Positions 9,984 to 18,442 of a DNA stretch of 32,000 nucleotides are shown here, in pieces. Location: the NCBI RefSeq assembly GCF_000195855.1, contig NC_002677.1, positions 600,001-632,000 of the forward strand, in the 5' to 3' direction. Source of the DNA: Mycobacterium leprae TN. GTDB lineage: Bacteria; Actinomycetota; Actinomycetes; Mycobacteriales; Mycobacteriaceae. Numbering within the stretch: position 1 is the stretch's first letter; each line of letters begins with the position of its first letter. Made by a program: the position numbers and the translations under genes. The notes under the pieces are model-generated. The model had not been told where the DNA came from. It saw nothing but the letters and a program-made list of their open reading frames with translations, and did not search any database.

Positions 9984-10560
9984 ATGTATTCTGAACCGTT
10001 ACTACCAAAGGTAAACTTGGGCAACATGTATACCGGCTTGGATTCTTACTCGCTGATACTCGCTGCCCAGGTGTGGAAGGCGGTGGGTTAGGAGTTGAGG
10101 GCCATTAGATTGTTGTCAATCGAATTCTACTCCATATCGCTTTGGACCACTGGTTGGGTCGCCGCGGCGACACAGAAAACTGATGCGGTCAAGCTATTTC
10201 TGAGGTGGCTGAATGACCTCGGTGAGGCAGTTCTCTGAGATTGAGGAACAAACCTAATAGCTATAGTGCCAGATTTTCGCGATGCACATACCGAGATGGT
10301 GTATTCGGGGTGGATCGCGATTCACCGCGCCTGGAGAGCGAATATGGTCAATAACAGCGGGTTCGTACTATAGTATAGAAATAGAGATCGCGGCACGTGG
10401 CCGGGAGTATGCAAGGTGCTGGGTTGAAGACGGTTAGGCGATGAATAAGATATAGGCGTAGGTTGTCGTTATACTGTTGTCAAGGTTGCCTTCGTTGAAG
10501 TAGCCGCCGTCGATCACCAACAACACCGGGTTGATCCAGCTGATGCCACTTCCCGCAGAA
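9984..10560 (+). pseudogene. PPE-family N-terminal domain relic
   Basis: ATG 9984 is preceded by ggaagga. The translation reads MYSEPLLPKVNLGNMYTGLDSYSLILAAQVWKAVG*ELRAI...SISLWTTGWVAAATQKTDAVKLFLRWLNDLGEAV..*..PDFRDAHTEMVYSGWIAIHRAWRANMVNNSGF. After a frameshift it reads IAAREYARCWVEDG.AM. This is collinear with the PPE consensus (LPPEVNS.RMY.GPGS..ML.AA.AW..LA.EL ... W.G.A...M..AA.PY..WL ... AYE.A...TV.P..IA.NR..L..L..TN.FG ... EA.Y.EMWAQDA.AM). The 3' limit is uncertain. Confidence 0.8.
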
Positions 10561-10699
10561 CCGCTTAGTTCGGTTATTCGTTGTGGGGTGGTGTTGGGCC
10601 GATACGATTTGCAGAGTTGTGTGCGTCTAGTCCATGGAAAGATTTTGTTGTAGTTAGGTGAGGTAGTCGTTGAGCTTGCAATGCTGGTCGGGGTCGTTT

Positions 10700-12430
10700 A
10701 GGTGTTTAGGTGATGTTTTGTTGTGTTGGAGGCACAAACTTTACATCGATGCCGGTGTGACTGGGGGGTGTGCCGCGCCCGTGGGGGTCGACCGTATGTC
10801 TGTGGCCGTATTGAAGTATCTGCTGGTGGTCAGAGGTTGACGTTACTCCAAGGGCGGTCACCTCGCTTGTGTTGGGCGTGGGCTGCATGAGGAACAACTC
10901 GTCATCGGTAGATAACGGCGCTGGCATGGCCTAGGAGCCCGTCGAGCGAAAATGCTGGCGACGGTGGTGTGCTCGGGCAGCAAGAAGCGTTGCAGGGCCA
11001 GTGGGAGGCGAGGGCTAGGGGAGTGGCATTAGTAGGCAGCGGTTGCTAGCCAGAACAGCAGATAGGTGCCGGTGTCATCATATTGGGGTGAACTCTAGTT
11101 CGTCAACAATGATCACCTCAGCGCGTAGCAGGATCTCGAGTTCTTGACTCAGGCGAGTGTTGTCGATTGCGGTTACGCTGCCCAGGAACGCTTGCGCACC
11201 CTCGTCGAGGGAGCAGCACTGGCTGTTTCCACTGTGGGGTTTCGGGCGCGGACCGCGGCTGGGTATAGTTCGGGGCGCATCGTAGTGCTTGTCGAGAATT
11301 GACATCTTCCCCGAGTGCGACGAGTTCGTGTTCGGCCACGGTCGCCTTGGTGGCCGGCTTCACCACATAGTAGCGCCTCGTGGTCGATGACGATGGCCAC
11401 GTTTGCCCCGATCAATCGGGGTTGGTACCGGAGTAGCGGGCCGAGCTGTACTGGATGTGGGAGAGTAGGTCGACCTTACGGGTGATCGACGCCGCGCCGA
11501 CCTCGAATCACAACGACGGCAGCGCCGCCAGCAGCTTGCGCTCGGTCGCAAGGCGCTCATTATTTATAGGAATTTATTAGGTGACGATCTACCGAGTGTA
11601 TCGCGGCGTTGACCTCCGTTCACCACGCCGCAGCGGCAGCGTTGCCCTCAGAGATGCTCACCGGTTGTATGGTGACCTTGGCCTAGGTCAAAGAAGCTGC
11701 ATCAATAAGTCGGACTGCGGAGTAACCGCACAGGTGCTACACAATGTCCCGCGATGTCGGATAGTTGGCCTGGCACCAATCCGGGCGAAACCCGTAATAG
11801 GTGGCAAATCAGACATATTGGGTTGTGGAGACGACTATGCTGGCGACTACCCGGCCCTTCAAACAGCTTATCCGATCGGCCAGTACGTGCGTCGGGACCC
11901 TGCCGATCGCGGCGAGCACCTCGGCGGTCATCGCCAGCATGGTGGTAGCATTTTGGTCGGAGAAAAACGCACGATTCTCCACCACGAGAACGCCAGCACC
12001 GCGTAGAACATAAACAACCCTGGTGCAGGTTCGGCCCAGTCGATTAGCAGATACTCACTAGCTGTCCGCGCAGCCTGACTGCGATCCGCACTATTGTCCT
12101 TACACCACAAAGTTTTCTGCTAGGAGACTAGGCGGCGGAAATTGCACGCCAAACCTTTATAGCCGGTAGCCTGGGTGATCGGCAACGGCCACTTGGTTGC
12201 GATCCAGCACGCCGATTTCGCTACCCGATCAGCGACCAAATCGCGCACGTGGTCGAGATGGCGTGGTAGCCGGTGCATGCCGAGGCTGCCCGCCGGCTTA
12301 GGCGCGTTCCACCACACGCTTGACGGTCTTGTGCTTGGTTCGGCACAACTCTGCGGTCTCACGATCGGTTCCGGCTTCCTGACAGGTAGAATGATGTTCA
12401 TTTGCTCCCTCACAGACTCAGACAAAACTG
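10700..12430 (-). mobile_element. IS21-family element relic (istA-istB), frameshifted and internally deleted
   Basis: The minus strand shows these segments in order. IstA HTH region: QEAGTDRETAELCRTKHKTVKRVVERA...LLP..GY.G..RNFRR. Catalytic core: EYLLIDWAEPAPGLFMFYAVLAFSW, and LADRISCLKGRVVASIVVSTTQYV*FATYYGFRPDWCQANYP. IstA C-terminus: VVKPATKATVAEHELVALGEDVN...PRPKPHSGNSQCCSLDEGAQAFLGSVTAIDNTRLSQELEILL. IstB Walker-B onward: VIIVDELEFTPI..DDTGTYLLFWLATAAY...FLLPEHTTVAS. The ends are approximate and no terminal repeats were identified. Confidence 0.7.
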
Positions 12431-12454
12431 AAGTGAGCGAACAACGCGACCTGC

Positions 12455-13730
12455 CACGAAGCTCTCGATCGCAGTTGTCAGGTGGAGGGACTGGTCTAGA
12501 TATTTTAGCCGAGTTCTTTGAGCTGGCGCACCAACCGAGCCTTCTGATCATCGGTATCATTGTACTGTGTAGTAGTCGATGCCCAAGTCGGTGTAGGCAA
12601 CTTGGGCGTGGATGATCGCCAGAATGGTGTGTTCGATCGCGGTAGCAGCTTTTATTTCAGCTTGCCTTGCCGAATTGGCGGTGCAGACTCCGGAATCGCG
12701 TGCTCAGACGCGTACGGGTTATGAGAGACCGCCCACGTCCCCGCAATGGCAACGCTGCAGAACTGCAGCGTTGCCATTGCGGGGACGTCGTCTTCCTCCT
12801 TTTGCCGATGGACTCGTTGTTACCCGGACATAATCCGATCCACGAAGCTAAATGATCGGCGGTTGGGAACCACGACATATTTACCTCGATTTCGGCGATG
12901 ACCGTCTGGGTTGCCAGCTTACCAATTCCAGGAGTCGTTATCAGAGGATCCCGTTGACGAGCGAACGGGGGGTGACTGTCGAATCTATGCGCACTTTCAA
13001 CCGGTTGATCATCAAGTTGAAACCATCAATGTGGGCCAGTTGCAGTCTGGCCAGCGGAGTATTCTGATCCGCCATCAGAAAATCCAAAGTCTTTGTTAGA
13101 TAAGGGATTTTCTTTAGTATCAGCCAGCAGAACAAATCGGCCAGCACCGCGGGATCGCGCTCCCCTCGATATCAACGTAGTGATCCTTGTCCTGCCCGAC
13201 ATGCTGAGGTAATAGGAGGCTACAGAATCCGGTTCAAGGCCGTCTTCTTAGAATACTTTGTGCAGCCTCAGGGTTTCCTGAGTATGCTCCTCGGTTAACT
13301 TCCGGTGGTATCGGGTAAATTCCCGGTACCGCCGCGATCTCCGCCGACGTGATGAAACTCCCGCGCAGCAGACCCACCTCGTGCAACTGTGCCAGCCAGA
13401 CCGCATCAGTGGCGTCGGTCTTGCGAAATGGAACATTCTTGACGTGGTTAGCTTTGCACAGCAGGATTTCAAATCCATTGACTTCAGCCAAGGCATGAAA
13501 CACAGGCCTTCAGTACACTTCCGTTTCCTCCATTCTACGTGTGTAACTTGTCCGGCGTGAAGTCATTCCGTTATCTATATAAACTCCCCGTAGAACATCA
13601 CGACCTTACTCACTTTCTGCGCACGTGGTTCGTCGCGCCGCTACGATCGTCCGGTACGTGGACTGCTACCGCCACTTGTCGCGTATTTACATTGATTCCG
13701 GCAACCTTCGAGAACACGATCTCCATCATC
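12455..13730 (-). mobile_element. IS110-family transposase relic
   Basis: The minus strand from ATG 13730 reads MMEIVFSKVAGINVNTRQVAVAVHV. It continues with GFEILLCKANHVKNVPFRKTDATDAVWLAQLHEVGLLRGSFI, LADLFCWLILKKIPYLTKTLDFLMADQNTPLARLQLAHIDGFNLMINRL, FPTADHLASWIGLCPGNNESIGKRRK, and AIVAIEHTILAIIHAQVAYTDLGIDYY. There are multiple frameshifts and stops. Confidence 0.8.
12735..12788. repeat. Perfect 54-bp palindrome (26-nt arms, 2-nt spacer) inside the IS110 relic
   Basis: acgtccccgcaatggcaacgctgcag (12735-12760), aa, ctgcagcgttgccattgcggggacgt (12763-12788). The arms are exact reverse complements, checked base by base. Confidence 0.95.
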
Positions 13731-14590
13731 AACGCTTCCTTCGCTCACCACTAAGGTGTGTCACTCGCGGAGCGTACGAAACATTCGAAACCCAGGCATG
13801 TGCTCACAGCAGCAATCCGGAGTACCTCCCGTCGTGCACTTCCAGCGTCACTCTAAAATCAATACAAACTTTTAAAATGCCAATATGAGCCGACAGCAGC
13901 GGGTGACGTACCACCAAGTTTCAACCACCCGCGAGTGCTCAGCCAGGGGTATAATCATTCCTCACCTGGTCGGTTCGGGTGACTGTTGGCGCAAATCACT
14001 GTCACCGTCCCGGCTGCGAGCTTCCTGATCGACATGACAAGCAAGGAAACGAGACTTCATTACCTAGCCACCAGTGGGAACATCCATCTGGTCGTTCATG
14101 GGGACTTTCACATGGCTACGGCCACAGTTCATTTGTGCAACAAGATACGCCTTCACGAAGATCCTTGATGACTCTATGCTGCAATGTATTTCGTAGGCAA
14201 ATTGATGTAATTTTTCCTATCCTTCTGTAGGAAATTCTAGCACAGCAGAAGCGACAAGAATAGCGGCAATCGTTACCAAACGAAAGGAGAAAATAGGTTG
14301 TTTAAATTTGAATTTGGCGGATTTCAGTGTGCTAACATTGGAGGTGAACGCCGCGCTTATATTGACTTGCCGGTAACGTAGTGCAGGTTCGGGGAAAATT
14401 ATTCATTGATAGCGGTCAATGAGGCTGTATACTGGGAGTACTGTGCAAATCATACCTGGGTGATGAAACAATCTGTGCCAAAGAGGTGTCGTTGGTGACT
14501 TCGTTTATGGAGCCGCTGCAGGTCGTTAACCAGGTTAAGTCGGTGCAGAAGGCGTCGTGCTTAGTGCAATAGCAGCTAGTCAAGTGGTGG

Positions 14591-14652
14591 CGCTCATTCC
14601 TTAAGAAGCGCTCATTCCTTAAGAAGCTAGTCGAAGACTAGCTTCTTAAGGA
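14591..14652. repeat. 18-bp exact tandem duplication (cgctcattccttaagaag x2, 14591-14626) overlapping a 17-bp perfect hairpin (14616-14632 / 14636-14652, loop gaa)
   Basis: Read directly from the sequence. The motif tccttaagaag therefore occurs twice in direct and once in inverted orientation within 62 bp. Confidence 0.95.
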
Positions 14653-14999
14653 GCCTGTGCAGCCAGGTTTCAGTGATCAACTCTCCGAGATCGGGGATGT
14701 CGATCTAGGAGAGTTTGACCAACATCTCTGGATAGCCGTCGAAATGAGGGTGGTGAAATATACTCCTGGGTCGTCGGCGATTTAAAGCGAACTTGACACC
14801 CGTATCAGAAGACCCGGATATCGATAATGTTGCCGCTCGGTGGGTCGGTTCAGTGTGCTGCCAGAGCGTCACGGTCAGATTGCGCAGGGGTCGTTCCCAC
14901 GCATCGGTTTCTTACTGACTCGCCAAATGTGCGGTGGACTGCTTGGTGGTGCGTGGCAACCGCCCCACGATGCTTTGCGACGTCGTTCCACGTGGCCAC
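14627..14999 (-). pseudogene. YjbR/MmcQ-like small protein relic
   Basis: The minus strand from GTG 14999 reads (M)ATWNDVAKH...VRNRCVGTTPAQSDRDALAAH*. After frameshifts it reads VKFALNRRRPRSIFHHPHFDGYPEMLVKLS*IDIPDLGELITETWLHRLLKKLVFD*. This matches my recollection of the family pattern (TW.DV...F.V..K.F...PHFDGYP.VLV.L..ID...L.EL...AW..RAPK.L). Confidence 0.5.
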
Positions 15000-15090
15000 G
15001 TGTCGACTATGGTGAAGCTTGGTGTCGGTTGTTGGCTGAGCCCACGCGAGGGACAAGCGTGATGTAATCGGCCTTGTTGGACCACCGGGC

Positions 15091-17497
15091 TTGTCTCGTG
15101 GAGTAGGTCGGTATCGAAGATTCGGGAGGTTGTTTTTGTCAGGAAGTAGCGCGTTGCCCTCTGACGACTTGTGTGATTCGCCGCCAGCCGCGCGTCTGGT
15201 CGGTGGCCTCGCGATCCTGACCAGTTGTTGGCCGATTATCGCGCCATGTGGGCGCAGCAGTTGTTGTTTGACGTGCGTGATGGCCGGTCTGGTTGCACCG
15301 TCCTGGTGCCAGTGTGCCCACACTCTGGCACCAGGAGGCACTGCCGTTAATGCTTACTCTGGAAGACTGGGCCACATTGGAATCCAGTGTCGTGCAACCT
15401 AGCCGGTTGCTCGATGCGGTGCTCACTGACCTGTATGGGCCGCGTCGCTGCGTCACCAGCGGAGTGTTTCCGGCTGTGCTGCTGTTCGGCCACCCTGGCT
15501 ACGTCCGGGCGGTCAATGCGATCGAAGTACCGGGCCGTAATCAGTTTTTTTATACATGGCTGTGCCATCAGCCGGAACCGGTCCGGGAGCTTTACTGTCA
15601 ATCTGGATTGGCCGCAGGTACTGGCGGGAGCCGGGTATGCGCTGGCCGACCGTCGGGTCGTCGCGCACGCTGTTCCTGACCTGTACGAACGGGTCGGGTT
15701 GCCCCCGGCATCACCGTTCGCGCAGACGTTGCTGCCGGCGCTGATCGATGCCACACCCGAGGCCTTCGAAGATCCGGTGGTTGTGGTGCCCACCCCCGGC
15801 ATCCGCTTCGAAATAGAATTCTACCAGGTCTATCTAGTATTTGTGTTGGGTTTCCCGCTGGTGGGAAGTGCTGACTTAGTGGTCCGCGATGGCAAGCTGT
15901 GGATGCGGTCGTTGAGCACCCTGAAACCGGGTCGACATGGTGTTGCACCGGGTCAATGCCGACTACGCCGATCAGCTGGATTTGCTGTCCGATTTCAGGC
16001 CGAGCGTGGTGGGTTTGGTCGAAGTGTTGTAACGCGGGGCGCGTGACTGTGGTCAACGCTCTGGGCAGCGGTATCCTGGAAAGCGCAGGGATCATGCGGT
16101 TATTGTCCGAGTTGTCGCTGTAGCTGCTTGGCGGAGCCCCGCTGCTGCTGGTGGCCGTCCGTGTCGAGGACGCGCCCTGGCAGTGGGTTGGTCAGGAGCT
16201 GTCACATTTTTCCTCTGCGTCCACTGACCACATACCTAGGAGGGTTGAATGTCGCCGGTGTTGGGGTGCGGTTGTTCATCGTCTCACAATGCGGTGGTTA
16301 CGCACCGATGATCGGTGGCCTGGGGTACACCCTTGCCCCGGGTAACGTCTCATGCAATCTTAATACCGTTGCGGCTAAGGATATCCGGTTCAGGACGCCG
16401 ACCCGGGACCGCTCCGGGGTCACCATTCCGTCGGTTGACTTGGCGGCGGTAAAGGCTGGCGGCACTCGCGGCATCAGCTCGCCAAGGTTGCTGTTCGACA
16501 TGTTTTGGGTTGGGCATTGCGCCGAGCTCGCTGAGGTCATGGCTCGATTACTGGTTTTCACCCGCGAGCGGTACCATGAATTCCATCACCGCGAGGACAC
16601 TGACGGTAGCGAATCCGTGCTCGCTGCACTCGGGCAGGTCATCGGCATCGATATTGCTGACGCGCAAGCGACACTTTGGTGACTGACCTATGTCTCGGAG
16701 CGTTCAAGATCGCTGACGCAGTCGGTCGCATGGCTTGGACTGGTTGAGTGGGTGGTGCGGGATCAAATGTCGAAGGACATATGGATGGTGCTCGGCAGTG
16801 TCGAGTGGTCACTGACGCAGCTGTCTGCATCGGTCCCGGTGACGTCTGGGCAGTCCCTCGAACCGGGCAAACTGGCCAATCCAGCGAGTCATCCGAGCTC
16901 GCTGACGACATCAAATTCGCCCCGGTGCACGCCACGACGTTGGCGTTGTCCCAGGTGGCGGCCGAATCGGTGGTGCGTGATGTCGACTTGACCATGACCA
17001 ATATCGGCAAACGGATCGAACGCAGGGAGTGGCTGACCTCGCTGTTGGAGGCCATCTCATCGAAGGACCGCAGCCGTGCTGCCGAGCAAACGATCATTGA
17101 GTCCACGCAGATGGCCTGCGAATCGTCGGTGATCTACCTGCGGCACAACCTTCGTGCTGTGAATGTTGCTACGGTTGCCGAGCTGGTACTTTTCGAGGTC
17201 GAGAACCCGAGGTTGCTGGTCTACCCGCTGGAGCGGCTGCGGACCGACTTGTGGCAGTTACCTGGAGCTTCGGGCTCGTCGCGGGCTGAACGGTTGGCCG
17301 ACGACATAAGTATCCGGTTGCGCCGGCTCGATCCGGCAGATTTCGATGTGGTCACTGCCAACGGGGAGCGCGCCAAGTTGGCGGGGTTGTTGACCGGGAT
17401 ACACAATGGGCTGCTTGACCCGACCGACGTTACCACCGCCACCCAGCTCTCGCTGCCCGGCGAAATGCAGCCAATGTGGGTACCAGACCAGCGTTGG
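15091..17497 (+). pseudogene. Fused circularly-permuted ATP-grasp + alpha-E domain protein relic (Rv2567-like), multiple frameshifts, stops and an internal deletion
   Basis: ATP-grasp fragments: WHQEALPLMLTLEDWATLESSVVQPSRLLDAVLTDLYGPRRCVTSGVFPAVLLFGHPGYVRA (15293 frame); AGAGYALADRRVVAHAVPDLYERVGLPPASPFAQTLLPALIDATPEAFEDPVVVVPTPG...GFPLVGSADLVVRDGKLWMRSLSTLK (15387 frame); VTVVNALGSGILESAGIMR (15899 frame); PWQWVGQELSHFSSAS (16151 frame). GGYAPMIGGLGYTLAPG...AAKDI and the alpha-E start SPRLLFDMFWVGHCAELAEVMARLLVFTRERYH lie in one uninterrupted frame (16128..16682), which indicates a fusion protein. The alpha-E tail runs in the 16748 frame up to about 17497. Confidence 0.8.
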
Positions 17498-17500
17498 GTG

Positions 17501-18442
17501 ATGCTATCATGTCACATGAAGTGGACGCAGCTGACGTCGCGGCGGTACCGAGTTAGTCACCGTACTGAATACCGCTATTCCGACGTTGTCACCAGTTCCT
17601 ATGGCCGTGGGTTCCTCACGCCATGCGATTCCTTGCGCCAGCGCTGTGTCGACCATCGGTTGCATATCGTGCCTGTTCCCGCTGACAGCTCGATAAGCCG
17701 CGACAGCTACGGCAACATCAGCTCCTACTTCCACGTCACCGAGCCGCACTGCACCCTGACTGTCACCAGTGAATCCATCGTCGACGTGTACCCGACTCCA
17801 CCCGAGCTGTTCACCAGTGGGCCGGCGTCGGCACCGTGGGAGGCGGCCCGGCCGACCGGGAGGCGGGGAGTGCTGGCCACTGAATTCACCCTGGATCTGA
17901 ATCCGCCGGAGATCACTGACGAAGTGCGGCAGTACGCTGCGCCAAGTTTCGAGCCGCAGCGTCCACTGATCGAGGTTCTGCGCGACCTCACCACACGGAT
18001 CTACGCCGATTTCACTTATCGGTCGGGCTCTACGACGATTTCCACCGGAGTTAACGAGGTTCTGTTGGCCCGAGAAGGGGTATGTCAAGATTTCGCCCGG
18101 TTGGCGATTGCCTGCTTGCGTGCCAACGGTCTGGCGGCTAGCTATGTATCCGGGTACTTGGCCACCGATCCTCCACCGGGGAAGGATCGTATGGTTGGTA
18201 TCGATGTGACCCATGCCTGGGCCTCGGTCTGGACGCCGCAACAGTCTGGCCAATGCGAGTGGTTGGGACTGGATCCCACCAATGACCAGCTGGTCGACGA
18301 GCGATACATTGTCGTCGGCCAGGGCCGCGACTACGTGAACGTGCCACCGCTGCGCGGCATCATCTACACTAACTCTGAGAACAGTGTGATCGACGTTGCC
18401 GTTGACGTAGCGCCCTGCGAAGGCGACGCACTGTATGCTTGA
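17501..18442 (+). CDS. Transglutaminase-like cysteine protease family protein (Bact_transglu_N + transglutaminase core), apparently intact
   Basis: This is the 3' part of ORF 16748..18442. The N-terminal domain reads RYRVSHRTEYRYSDVVTSSYGRGFLTP. The core reads REGVCQDFARLAIACLRANGLAASYVSGYL...GIDVTHAWASVW...WLGLDPTND. Triad codons are Cys 18083-18085, His 18212-18214 and Asp 18272-18274. The start is uncertain (GTG 17498, ATG 17501 or ATG 17516); 17501 gives 313 aa. Confidence 0.8.
   Translation: MLSCHMKWTQLTSRRYRVSHRTEYRYSDVVTSSYGRGFLTPCDSLRQRCVDHRLHIVPVPADSSISRDSYGNISSYFHVTEPHCTLTVTSESIVDVYPTPPELFTSGPASAPWEAARPTGRRGVLATEFTLDLNPPEITDEVRQYAAPSFEPQRPLIEVLRDLTTRIYADFTYRSGSTTISTGVNEVLLAREGVCQDFARLAIACLRANGLAASYVSGYLATDPPPGKDRMVGIDVTHAWASVWTPQQSGQCEWLGLDPTNDQLVDERYIVVGQGRDYVNVPPLRGIIYTNSENSVIDVAVDVAPCEGDALYA

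Noticed and set aside
9530-10450. An AT-rich island as horizontally acquired DNA, a phage remnant or a CRISPR leader
   Set aside because: There are no direct repeats with spacers. The region still translates into collinear PE and PPE N-terminal domains, so it is decayed native sequence.
11560-11585. A 25-bp AT-rich patch (cattatttataggaatttattaggtg) inside the IS21 istA relic, considered as a possible IS end or insertion scar
   Set aside because: IstA-like coding similarity continues on both sides of it, and it is too short to evaluate without an intact reference element. I noted it only as local decay or a small indel.
12120-12615. The paired 146-aa ORFs on opposite strands (12120..12560 - and 12175..12615 +) as a candidate overlapping gene pair
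   Set aside because: Both run across the IS21 5' end and IS110 3' end junction out of frame with the recognisable transposase peptides. The real signal is in other frames (HTH ...KTVKRVVERA..., and ...AIVAIEHTILAIIHAQV...).
14850-15341. A 163-aa minus-strand ORF
   Set aside because: It is a chimera. Its C-terminal ~50 codons are the N-terminus of the YjbR-like relic (ATWNDV...). The upstream part runs antisense to the start of the ATP-grasp relic.
16748-18442. A single 564-aa protein, as suggested by the ORF track
   Set aside because: The N-terminal ~250 codons are the tail of the frameshifted alpha-E domain gene. The transglutaminase-family protein starts near 17501. I treat this as a pseudogene tail plus a separate CDS.
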